Shown: piece by piece, positions 1-7,865 of the stretch | How positions within the stretch are numbered: position 1 is the stretch's first letter | How the letters are laid out: the number at the start of each line of letters is the position of its first letter | DNA from: an uncultured Candidatus Rokubacteria bacterium | Lineage (GTDB): Bacteria; Methylomirabilota; Methylomirabilia; Rokubacteriales; CSP1-6 | Assembly: GCA_963789955.1 (NCBI GenBank) | Contig: CAWBMV010000009.1 | Location: 1-18,386 of the forward strand | DNA: 18,386 nucleotides | Reading direction: 5' to 3' | Program-made: the position numbers and the translations under genes | Notes under the pieces: generated by a model | The model's database searches: none | Told to the model about the DNA's origin: nothing | Seen by the model: only the letters and a program-made list of their open reading frames with translations

Positions 1-275
1 AGCCGAGCGTGAGCCGGCAGTAGAGCGCCAGGAGCGCTTCGCCCCCGCGTGCGCCCGCCAGGTAAACGATGTGGTCTCCGGCGAGCGAGCCGAGCGCGCT
101 GGACGATGATGGCGAGGGCCAGCTCGAGCCGGGTGCTCGCGAAGGCGCCCGCGAGGACGAGCACGATGCGGCCAGGAAACGGAATGCCGATCGCGTCGAT
201 CGCGCTCACGACGAAGACGGTCAGATAGAGGTGGGGGACCAGGAACAGCACGAACCGATCGGTCGCTGCTTCCAT
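1..275 (-). CDS. DedA/VTT-family membrane protein, N-terminal part (runs off the window; two compensating apparent indels near 105 and 50)
   Basis: Manual translation from ATG 275 (GAGG upstream): MEAATDRFVLFLVPHLYLTVFVVSAIDAIGIPFPGRIVLVLAGAF... then, in a shifted frame, SALGSLAGDHIVYLAG, and back in frame GGEALLALYCRLTLG. GIPFPG and GSxxGDxxxYxxG are DedA signatures. Confidence 0.8.
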   Translation of the reverse strand, partial: MEAATDRFVLFLVPHLYLTVFVVSAIDAIGIPFPGRIVLVLAGAFASTRLELALAIIVQRARLARRRPHRLPGGRTRGRSAPGALLPAHAR

Positions 276-284
276 CGACCGACC

Positions 285-1167
285 TCAGCGGGCCAGGAAG
301 CTCCGGACGATACGCAGGAACTCCGCGAGCCGATCGTGGTGGAGCCAGTGGCCGGCGCCGTCGATGCCTATCACCTGCGCGTGGCGGAAGTGTGCGGCCC
401 GCCCGTCCTCGACGGGATTGCCGGCGCGGCTCTCCTGCCCGTAGAGGAGCAGGGTGGGGCACGCGATCCGCGACCACAGCGCTGGATGTCCTGGCCGCGC
501 ATGTCATAGGGCGGCCACGCGCGAACGTAGTTGTCGAACTTCCAGCTGTGCGTCCCATCCTCGTTCTGGTTGGCGCCGTGCACGGTCAGATGACGGGCCT
601 GCTCGGCGGTGAGGCGCGGGTTCTCTTCCTGCATGCGGTGAAGGGCGTCCTCGATCGAGTTGTAGCGTCGTGGCAGCCGGCCGGCGAGACCGCGCTGCTC
701 GCCGATCCACTCGTCCATGCGCTCGACGATCGTCTTCGTCTTGAACTTCGTCGAGCTGGGCGGGCGAGGGCCCGAGGCCTTCGATGGCCACGAGCCGGGC
801 GACGGTGTCGGGATAGAGGCCGGCGTAGCGCAGAGGCGATCTGGCCGCCGAGCGAGTGGGCGATGATCGTCACCGGCGCCAGGTGCTGCTGGTGGACGAG
901 CTGAGCCAGATCGTAGATGTAGCCGGCGATGGTGTAGCTGCCGTCGCTCGACCACGCGCTGTCGCCGTGGCCCCGCAGGTCGGGCGCCAGGATGTGCCAG
1001 TCGTCGCGCAGTGCCTCGGCCGCCCAGTCCCAGTTGCGACAGTGGTCGCGGCCGCCGTGCAGCATCACCATCGGGGGCTTCGTCGAGTTGCCCCAGTCGA
1101 CGTAGTGCAGGCGGAGGCGCTGCGAGAAGAACGTGTGGGACGTCGGTCCCGGCATGCGGCCGGTCAT
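285..1167 (-). CDS. Alpha/beta-fold hydrolase (three apparent indels near 835, 752 and 481; probably intact in vivo)
   Basis: Stitched from ORFs 586-1167, 504-791 and 371-955 plus manual reading: LHG oxyanion loop, PDLRGHGDS, nucleophile elbow AHSLGG, C-terminal GAGHWLHHD...FLRIVRSFLAR, TGA at 285-287. Confidence 0.88.
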
Positions 1168-1179
1168 GGGTCGCCTTCT

Positions 1180-1189
1180 ATGCTAGCAT
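1180..1189. promoter_or_regulatory. Palindrome ATGCTAGCAT; candidate bidirectional extended -10 (TGnTAGCAT on both strands)
   Basis: Perfect 10-bp palindrome in the 55-bp gap between the divergent hydrolase and cupin genes; reads TG-C-TAGCAT (TGnTAnnnT) on each strand. Confidence 0.5.
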
Positions 1190-1222
1190 CCCGACCGTTC
1201 GAGTCCTTCCAGGGAGGAAGCG

Positions 1223-1558
1223 ATGGGGACATTTCGGATGTACGCGGGCGCCGATCAGCAGGCGCACATCGAGAAGATCGAGCTCAAGGCGAAACCGGAC
1301 TGGCTGAAGGGTCTTGCCGCGAGCCAGATCACGTTCCGCGAGTGGCCGGCCGGCCAGTTCCTCGACTGGCATCCGGCGCCGCGGCGTCAGTTCGTGATCA
1401 TTCTCTCCGGACAGCTCGAGATCGGTCTGGGTGACGGCTCGAAGCACGTGTTTGGGCCGGGCGACGCACGACTCGTCGAAGACACCACGGGCAAGGGGCA
1501 TACGACGCGCGTGCTCGGTGACCAGATCTGTGTGACGGCGACCGTCCCGCTGGTGTAG
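1223..1558 (+). CDS. Cupin-domain protein (uncharacterised WHPAPRRQ...EDTTGKGH type)
   Basis: 111 aa; GGAGG RBS; cupin motif 1 WHPAPRRQFVIILSGQLEI and motif 2 GPGDARLVEDTTGKGH. Confidence 0.85.
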   Translation: MGTFRMYAGADQQAHIEKIELKAKPDWLKGLAASQITFREWPAGQFLDWHPAPRRQFVIILSGQLEIGLGDGSKHVFGPGDARLVEDTTGKGHTTRVLGDQICVTATVPLV

Positions 1559-1589
1559 CCGCCTCGTCAAACCTCAAAAGGAGCCGGAT

Positions 1590-2573
1590 ATGGCGACCAA
1601 GATCCTCTTCATTCCCAAGCAGCCCGACGCGATTCTCGACATGGCGCGCAAGCTGACGCCTCCCGGCTTCGAGCTCGTGGTCGTCGACCAGGACACCCCG
1701 GAGTTTTACGAGGCGGTCAAGGATGCGGAGTACGTCATGGGGCTCGGCCGCCCGATCGCCGGCGAGTTCTTCCGCTCGGCACCGAAGCTCAAGCTCGTCC
1801 AGCTCCTCAGCGCCGGGTACGACCGTGTCGACATCGAGTCGGCGCGGAAGGCCAAGGTGCCCGTCGCGAACAACGGCGGCGCCAACGCGATCGCCGTGTC
1901 CGAGCACGCGATCATGCTGATGCTCGCGGTCCTGAAGCGGCTAGTCGTGTTCCACAACGACGTCGTCGCCGGCAAGTGGCGCGTCGGTAACCACCTGGAC
2001 TCGCGGGTGTTCGAGCTGCACGGCAAGACGCTCGGCATCGTCGGCCTCGGCAACATCGGCAAGAAGGTCGCCCGGCTGGCGCACGCGTTCAATATGAACG
2101 TTCTGTACTACGATATCGCGCGGCTCACCGAGGACCAGGAAGACGCCCTCGGCGTCCGCTTCGTGCTCTTCACCGAGCTTCTGCAGGCGGCTGACATCGT
2201 CAGCCTGCACGTGCCACTCGACGAGAGCACGCGCAATCTCATCGGCGCACGCGAGCTGGCGATGATGAAGAAGACCGCGATCCTCATCAACACCTGCCGC
2301 GGGCCGGTCGTCGACGAGGCGGCGCTTCACAAGGCGCTGACGAGCGGACAGATTCTGGCCGCCGGGCTCGACGTGCTGGTCGAGGAGCCCGCGAAGGCCA
2401 ATCATCCGCTCTATGCGCTCAAGAACGTGACCCTCACCCCGCACTCGGCCGGACCGACCTGGGAGAACTGGTCGGCGCGCTTCCGCAACGGCTTCGACAA
2501 CATCCAGCGCGTCGCGACGGGGCGCGCGCCGAAGTGGGTGATCCCGGACCTTCTCACGCCGCCGGGGGCCTAG
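1590..2573 (+). CDS. D-isomer-specific 2-hydroxyacid dehydrogenase (glyoxylate reductase/PGDH-like, probably NAD-dependent)
   Basis: AGGAG RBS; GYDRVD, VSEH, GIVGLGNIG Rossmann motif, YYD acidic residue, INTCRG (Arg), GLDV..EEP (Glu), TPHSAG (His). Confidence 0.93.
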   Translation: MATKILFIPKQPDAILDMARKLTPPGFELVVVDQDTPEFYEAVKDAEYVMGLGRPIAGEFFRSAPKLKLVQLLSAGYDRVDIESARKAKVPVANNGGANAIAVSEHAIMLMLAVLKRLVVFHNDVVAGKWRVGNHLDSRVFELHGKTLGIVGLGNIGKKVARLAHAFNMNVLYYDIARLTEDQEDALGVRFVLFTELLQAADIVSLHVPLDESTRNLIGARELAMMKKTAILINTCRGPVVDEAALHKALTSGQILAAGLDVLVEEPAKANHPLYALKNVTLTPHSAGPTWENWSARFRNGFDNIQRVATGRAPKWVIPDLLTPPGA

Positions 2574-2575
2574 CG

Positions 2576-3370
2576 ATGGTCGATCTGGGCCAGTCGCTCG
2601 CGGATCGGGTCGCGGTCGTCACCGGCGCCGCGCGCGGCATCGGCCGCGCGACGGCGCTGGCGCTGGGGCGGGCCGGCGCACACGTCGTCGCGGTCGACCT
2701 CGAAGAGGCGGCCGCGAAGGCGACCGCCGACGGAGTCAGCGCGCTCGGGCGCAAGGCGCTGGCCCTGGGCGCCGACGTCGGGGATCTCAAGAGTATCGAC
2801 ACGATGACCCGGCGGACGATGGACACGTTTGGTCAGATCGACGTGCTCGTGAACAACGCCGGTGTCACGCGACGCGCCTACATCATGGATCTCACCGAAG
2901 AGGATTGGGATCGCATCATGCGCGTCAACGGCAAGGGCGTCTTCTTCAGCTTGCAGCGAGTCGCGCGCGAGATGATCCCGCGGCGCCGGGGCGTCATCGT
3001 GAACATCGCCTCCATAGCCGGCAAAGGATTCGCCGGCGCCTCGAACGTGATCTATGCCGGCACCAAGGGCGCCGTCATCAGCATGACCCGCATGGCGTCG
3101 CTGCAGCTTGCTCAGCACAACATCAACGTGAACGCGATCTGTCCGGGCACGACCCTGAGCGCGCTCTCGGAGGCGAATTTGCGAGTGCGCGCGGCCTCGG
3201 AGGGGATCACGGTCGAAGAGATGGAGAGGCGGCGCAACGCCGCCATCCCGCTCGGGCGGCCGAACGAGCCCGAGGATGTCGCTGCCCTGGCCGTGTTCCT
3301 CGCCTCTCCTGGGGCGCGCAACATCACCGGCCAGTCGTTCAACGTGGATGGCGGCATCATCTTCGACTGA
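2576..3370 (+). CDS. Short-chain dehydrogenase/reductase (classical SDR, probably NAD-dependent)
   Basis: ATG 2 nt after the upstream stop; TGAARGIG, VD acidic residue, NNAG, IASIAG (Ser), YAGTK (YxxxK), NAICPG, TGQSFNVDGG. Confidence 0.93.
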   Translation: MVDLGQSLADRVAVVTGAARGIGRATALALGRAGAHVVAVDLEEAAAKATADGVSALGRKALALGADVGDLKSIDTMTRRTMDTFGQIDVLVNNAGVTRRAYIMDLTEEDWDRIMRVNGKGVFFSLQRVAREMIPRRRGVIVNIASIAGKGFAGASNVIYAGTKGAVISMTRMASLQLAQHNINVNAICPGTTLSALSEANLRVRAASEGITVEEMERRRNAAIPLGRPNEPEDVAALAVFLASPGARNITGQSFNVDGGIIFD

Positions 3371-3404
3371 GCGCCGGCGGAACGGAAGGTACCGGGGTCC
3401 AGCC

Positions 3405-5723
3405 CTAGAGTCCTGAACGCTCCTCGGTCGGCGGCGGCTCGTAGGCGCGAACCGGCGGCAGCGGACCCGTCCAGCGCTCGATCTCGACGAGCGCGTGCTG
3501 CCCCGCGCACCCCTGGGCGAGCTTCGAGGTGCCGCGATCGAAGGTGAGGACGTTCGGGTTACCGTGCACGCACATCGCGTCAGGGTCGGCCGGATCCAGG
3601 GGGTCGTACCAGGCGCCCGTCGAGAGCTGCACCACACGCGGGCGGACCGCCGGAGTCACCACGGCGCCGGCCAGGCAGCTCCCGCGCTCGTTGAAGACGC
3701 GCACCACGTCTCCGCTCCGGATCCCGCGCGCGGCGGCATCCGCGGGATGCAGACGGATCGGCTCCCGGCCGCGCACCTTGCTCGACTGGCTGAAGGCGCC
3801 GACGTCGAGCTGGCTGTGGAGCCGCGTCGTGGGATTGTTCGCGATGAGCTGGAGCGGGAAGCGCCGGGCGAGTGGCGCGCCGAGCCACTCGACGGGCTCG
3901 AGCCAGGTCGGATGGCCCGGGCAATCGTCGTAGCCGAATCCATCGATCGTCGCCGAGAAGATCTCGAGCTTGCCGCTCGGTGTGCCGAGCGATGTTCCTT
4001 CGGGGTCGGCCCGGAAACGCTGGAGCAGGACCAGATCCTCGTCGGCGCCGCCGGTCTCGAAGAACCCGGTCTCCCAGAACTCGTCGAATGCCGGCGCCGA
4101 CCCGCCGTCGTCCGCCACCCGCGAGCGCCACTCTTCGTAGAGATGTCGTAGCCACGCCTGCTCGTCCCGACCTTCGGTGAATCGCTCGGCGATTCCGAGC
4201 GCGCCCGCGAGATCGGTGAAGATCGCGAAGTCGCTCCGGGCCAGCGCCCAGGGCTCGACCGCCTGACGCATGGCGATGAGGCAGCCGTCGTTCGGCGAGC
4301 CGCCGATGTCGTTCCGCTCGAGCGTCATCGTCGCCGGCAACACGACGTCCGCGTGGCGGGCCATCGGCGTCCAGAACGAGTCGTGGACGACGATCGTCTC
4401 CGGCCTGGCGAGCGCGCGGCGCAGGCGGGCCAGGTCTTGATGGTGATGAAAGGGATTGCCGCCGCACCAGTAGACGAGGCGAATGTCGGGGTAGGTGAGC
4501 CGCCGCCCGTCGAAGTCGAACGGCTCGCCCGGGCCGAGCAGCATGTCCGCCACGCGCGCGAACGGAATGAAGTCGCTGACGGGATTGCGGCCCTGCGGCA
4601 AGGTCGGCGGGCCCACATGCATCGGCGCGCGACCGATGTAGCCCAGCGAACCGTAGCCCTGGCCGAAGCCGCCGCCGGGCAGCCCGATCTGGCCGAGCAT
4701 GGCCGCCAGGGTCACCGCGAGCCACGGCGCCTGCTCGCCGTGCTCGATGCGCTGGAGCGAATAGTTGACGTTGATGAGGGTCCGCTTCGCGGCCATGCGC
4801 CGGGCGAGCGCGCGAATGCTTGCCGCCGGGATCTCGGAGAGCCGTTCGGCCCACTCGGGCGTCTTCGGGCATCCGTCGCTGGCGCCGAGCACGTAGGCTT
4901 CGAACCGCTCGTAGCCGACACAGTAGCGGGCGAGGAACGCGCGGTCGTGCAGGTCTTCGCTGACGAGCGTGTGCGCGAGCGCCAGCATCATGGCCACGTC
5001 CGTACCCGGCGCGATCGCGAGCCACTCGGCGCTGACGAACCCGGGAAGGTCGTCGCGCAGGGGGCTCACCAGCACGAACTCGGCGCCGCGCTCGCGCGCC
5101 CGGCGCAGATGATCGCGCGCGGGATGCCGGCTGGCGCCGCCGGGGCTGACCATCGTGTTCTTGATGGGGATGCCGCCGAAGCAGACGAAGAGCTCCGTGT
5201 GGCGCTCGAGCACCGACCACGCCGTCGCCCGGTCGAGAAACTCGCGCATCGAGCCGACCACGTGCGGCATGATCACCGACTGCGCCCCGTTGCTGTAGGT
5301 GTGCTCGCCGCGCACGTACCCGCCCAGGCAGTTCAGGAAGCGATGGAGCTGCGACTGCGCGTGGTGGAAGCGTCCGGCGCTGCTCCAGCCGTAGGATCCG
5401 CCGTAGACGCTCGAACCGCCGTGGCGCTCGTACACGCGCCGGAGCTCGAGCCCCAGCCGATCGCGGGCCACCGCCCAGCTGACCGGCACGAAAGGCTCGG
5501 CGCCGCGGCGTGGGTCGGGGCCGGGGCCTCGATCGAGCCAGCCCGCGCGGATCATCGGCTGCGTGATCCTCGCACGATGACGCAGACTATCGACGATATT
5601 GCCGAGCAGCGGGGAGGGATCGGGGTCGTGGCGATAGGGGTGAATCGCCACGACCGTGCCGTCCGCGACTTCTGCTTCGAATGCGCCCCAGTGGGACGAG
5701 TGCGACACGAGCTGGCGCGCCAT
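3405..5723 (-). CDS. bisC: Molybdopterin-guanine-dinucleotide S/N-oxide reductase, BisC/DorA/TorA family, cytoplasmic
   Basis: 772 aa; SHWGAF, YGGSYGWSSAGRFHHA, TYSNGA (Ser Mo ligand), GGNPFHHHQD, ADVVLPAT, TPSGKLEI, RLHSQL, GAWYDP, HGNPNVLT. No twin-arginine signal and no N-terminal Fe-S Cys motif. Exact substrate not determinable. Confidence 0.88.
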   Translation of the reverse strand: MARQLVSHSSHWGAFEAEVADGTVVAIHPYRHDPDPSPLLGNIVDSLRHRARITQPMIRAGWLDRGPGPDPRRGAEPFVPVSWAVARDRLGLELRRVYERHGGSSVYGGSYGWSSAGRFHHAQSQLHRFLNCLGGYVRGEHTYSNGAQSVIMPHVVGSMREFLDRATAWSVLERHTELFVCFGGIPIKNTMVSPGGASRHPARDHLRRARERGAEFVLVSPLRDDLPGFVSAEWLAIAPGTDVAMMLALAHTLVSEDLHDRAFLARYCVGYERFEAYVLGASDGCPKTPEWAERLSEIPAASIRALARRMAAKRTLINVNYSLQRIEHGEQAPWLAVTLAAMLGQIGLPGGGFGQGYGSLGYIGRAPMHVGPPTLPQGRNPVSDFIPFARVADMLLGPGEPFDFDGRRLTYPDIRLVYWCGGNPFHHHQDLARLRRALARPETIVVHDSFWTPMARHADVVLPATMTLERNDIGGSPNDGCLIAMRQAVEPWALARSDFAIFTDLAGALGIAERFTEGRDEQAWLRHLYEEWRSRVADDGGSAPAFDEFWETGFFETGGADEDLVLLQRFRADPEGTSLGTPSGKLEIFSATIDGFGYDDCPGHPTWLEPVEWLGAPLARRFPLQLIANNPTTRLHSQLDVGAFSQSSKVRGREPIRLHPADAAARGIRSGDVVRVFNERGSCLAGAVVTPAVRPRVVQLSTGAWYDPLDPADPDAMCVHGNPNVLTFDRGTSKLAQGCAGQHALVEIERWTGPLPPVRAYEPPPTEERSGL

Positions 5724-5730
5724 GCCCGTC

Positions 5731-5739
5731 AGGATATCA
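5731..5739 (-). promoter_or_regulatory. Extended -10 (TGaTATCCT) 7 nt before the bisC ATG; likely leaderless promoter
   Basis: Minus strand reads tt-TG-a-TATCCT-gacgggc-ATG; no Shine-Dalgarno. Confidence 0.55.
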
Positions 5740-5764
5740 AAGCGGGCTGCGCGGTCGCCCGACG

Positions 5765-6370
5765 CTAGAGGGAAGCGGTACGCCGATCGAGCTTCTTGAG
5801 GATGCGCTTCACGTAGGCGCGCGTCTCCCGGTACGGCGGGACGCCGCGGTGCTTGATCACGGCAACCTCGCCGGCGTTGTACGCCGCGAGGACGAGCGGC
5901 AGGTTGTTGCCGAATCGATCCATCAGCGCGCGCAGGTGTCGCACGCCGGCGTCGATGTTCGCTCGCGGATCGAACGGATCGTGAACTCCGAGGGTTCTCG
6001 CGGTCTTCGGCATGAGCTGCATCAGGCCCCGGGCACCCCGTCGAGACACGGCGCGCGGGTTGTTGTCGGACTCGGCCTCGATCACGGCGGCGACCAGATC
6101 CGCCGGCACCCCGTAGCGAGCCGACACTTCTTTGATGTACGCGTCCATATCGTCTTCGACGTCAGCTTCTGCATTTGCGGAGGCGGCCTCGACAGGAGCG
6201 GCCTCGACGCGGGCCTCCTGGGCGACCGGACGTACGTCACGCCCGCCCGACACGCCGGACAGGAAGTACCCGGCGCTCACCGTCACGAGCAGGACCCCCA
6301 GGCCGAGCAAATGGCGCTCGATGAGCCAGTCGGGACCCTGGACTTTTCCGGAACGTCCCACGGTATCCAT
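5765..6370 (-). CDS. Lytic transglycosylase (SLT domain) with N-terminal membrane anchor
   Basis: VIEAES (catalytic Glu), GARGLMQLMP, DPRANIDAG, LAAYNAG, PPYRETRAYV; hydrophobic segment LLGLGVLLVTVSAGYFL. ATG 6370 preferred over TTG 6388, which falls inside the putative promoter; start uncertain. Confidence 0.9.
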   Translation of the reverse strand: MDTVGRSGKVQGPDWLIERHLLGLGVLLVTVSAGYFLSGVSGGRDVRPVAQEARVEAAPVEAASANAEADVEDDMDAYIKEVSARYGVPADLVAAVIEAESDNNPRAVSRRGARGLMQLMPKTARTLGVHDPFDPRANIDAGVRHLRALMDRFGNNLPLVLAAYNAGEVAVIKHRGVPPYRETRAYVKRILKKLDRRTASL

Positions 6371-6384
6371 GCCACTCTGCAGGG

Positions 6385-6399
6385 GCAAATCCGATACCG
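6385..6399 (-). promoter_or_regulatory. Putative sigma-54 -24/-12 promoter for the SLT gene
   Basis: Minus strand cGGtatcggatTTGC = GG-N10-GC with TTGC, versus consensus TGGCACG-N4-TTGC (imperfect -24 half). Confidence 0.5.
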
Positions 6400-6417
6400 A
6401 AATCGAATCTGAAGCCA

Positions 6418-6430
6418 GATCAAGGTGTTA
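6418..6430 (+). promoter_or_regulatory. Putative IHF-binding site
   Basis: gATCAAggtgTTA versus consensus WATCAANNNNTTR (one mismatch); lies between the sigma-54 box and the upstream palindromes. Confidence 0.45.
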
Positions 6431-6494
6431 ACCCTCCGTTGGCCAGGTCTGGACCGCTCAGTCCCGACTCGAAACCGCCCGTCTTGGTCCACCG

Positions 6495-6522
6495 TTTCCG
6501 GAAAGGTGACCCAAAACGTCAC
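6495..6522. promoter_or_regulatory. Adjacent palindromes TTTCCGGAAA and GTGAC-N7-GTCAC; candidate activator (UAS) or repressor sites
   Basis: Read directly at 6495-6504 and 6506-6522 in the SLT/dinB divergent intergenic region, about 100-125 bp upstream of the -24 box. Confidence 0.4.
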
Positions 6523-6584
6523 GCCGGACAGGGTCTCAGGAGCCCCGGTACGGCTCGACGAACTTGCGCGGGATGAAGCTGAGG

Positions 6585-6590
6585 TACCCT
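6585..6590 (+). promoter_or_regulatory. Candidate -10 (TACCCT) 6 nt before the dinB GTG; possibly leaderless
   Basis: TACCCT-tcgggc-GTG; TAnnnT pattern at leaderless spacing. Confidence 0.4.
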
Positions 6591-6596
6591 TCGGGC

Positions 6597-7673
6597 GTGC
6601 GAATCATCGCGCACGTGGACATGGACGCCTTCTACGCGTCGGTCGAGGCGCACCACAACCCGGCGCTGCGCGACAAGCCCGTCGTCGTCGGCGCCGACCC
6701 CAAGGAAGGCCGCGGACGCGGCGTCGTCGAAGCCGCGAGCTATGCCGCCCGGCGCTACGGCATCCGCGCGGCCATGCCGATCTCGCGCGCCTGGAAGCTG
6801 TCCGAGGCGGCGCGGAGCCGGGGCGAGGAGCCGGTCGTGTTCGCGCACGGCAACCGCCGCCTCTACGTCGAGATGTCCCAGCGCATCATGGCGATCCTTG
6901 CCGGCGCCGGGGATGCGTTCGAGGAGGCGAGTATCGACGAGGCGTATCTGGACCTCTCGTCGCTCGGGAGCTTCGAAGCGGCCGTGGAGCGCGCGCGAAC
7001 GCTCAAGCGTGAGATCGCCGACCGCGAGGGGCTCACGTGCTCGGTGGGGCTCGGCCCCAACAAGCTCGTGGCAAAGATCGCCTCGGACGTGAAGAAACCC
7101 GACGGCTTGACAGTCGTGACGGCCGACGAGGTGCAGACGTTCCTCGATCCGATGAGCATCCGCGTCATCCCCGGTATCGGCCCCAAGACCGAGGCCGAGC
7201 TCATCGAGCGCGGTGTCCGTACCGTTCGCGATCTTCGCGAGCTCGAGCCGGCGCGGCTCGTCGAATGGTTCGGCCGCTGGGGCGAGGAGCTTCACGCCAA
7301 GGCACGCGGGCAGTCCGAGAGCGTCGTGTCGAACGAATGGGAGCCGAAGTCGGTCGGCGAGCAAGAAACCTTCGAGGTGAATACTCTGGACGCCGACTTC
7401 ATCGTGCAGCGCGTCCGCAAGCTGGCCGCCGAGGTGTTCGCACGCCTCCGCGGTCAGGGGTTCCGAGCCTGCCGCACCGTGACGATCACGGTGCGGTTCG
7501 CTCACTTCCGCACGGTGACGCGATCGCAGACGTCGCGAGAGGAGATCGCGAGCGAGGAGGCGCTGTCCACTGCTGCCGCCGGACTCTTCGCGCCGTTCTT
7601 CGATGCCAGAGAAAACCCGCGCGGGACGAAGATCCGGCTCATCGGCGTGAGGGCCGAAAAGCTCGCGCGATAG
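6597..7673 (+). CDS. dinB: DNA polymerase IV (Y-family)
   Basis: RIIAHVDMDAFYASVE, ASYAARRYGI, SIDEAYLD, NKLVAKIASDVKKPDG, HhH IPGIGPKT, little-finger KSVGEQETF and IRLIGV. GTG 6597 matches the usual family N-terminus; ATG 6573 is an alternative. Confidence 0.95.
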   Translation: MRIIAHVDMDAFYASVEAHHNPALRDKPVVVGADPKEGRGRGVVEAASYAARRYGIRAAMPISRAWKLSEAARSRGEEPVVFAHGNRRLYVEMSQRIMAILAGAGDAFEEASIDEAYLDLSSLGSFEAAVERARTLKREIADREGLTCSVGLGPNKLVAKIASDVKKPDGLTVVTADEVQTFLDPMSIRVIPGIGPKTEAELIERGVRTVRDLRELEPARLVEWFGRWGEELHAKARGQSESVVSNEWEPKSVGEQETFEVNTLDADFIVQRVRKLAAEVFARLRGQGFRACRTVTITVRFAHFRTVTRSQTSREEIASEEALSTAAAGLFAPFFDARENPRGTKIRLIGVRAEKLAR

Positions 7674-7723
7674 AGCCCCGCGCGGAATTCGCCACGAACG
7701 TTGTCTAAACTTCGCCGCGTTCG

Positions 7724-7759
7724 GGCCATCGGCAGGTCACAATGGGGCCTGCCATGGCC
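7724..7759. other. GC-rich hairpin (14-bp stem, one bulge, one G-U pair) downstream of dinB
   Basis: GGCCAT-C-GGCAGGTC-acaatgg-GGCCTGCC-ATGGCC; preceded by CGAACG...CGTTCG (7695-7723). No U-tract. Confidence 0.45.
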
Positions 7760-7865
7760 ATGGGCATTTGAGACTGAGCCCTTCGTATCGACGTGGCGGC
7801 GGGACAACCCACCGTACACTGACCGACGGTTCGCGAGACGAACACGGCTCACCCAAGGAGAACGC

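Noticed and set aside
6378..6430. GGGCAAA...GAAA...AAGCC resembling a c-di-GMP-I riboswitch
   Set aside because: Lacks the GACGCAAAGC core and P2/P3 pairing; better explained as the complement of the sigma-54 box.
7701..7865. 55-aa N-terminal extension of the patatin ORF from TTG 7701
   Set aside because: ATG 7866 has an AAGGAG RBS and begins a clean lipoprotein signal peptide.
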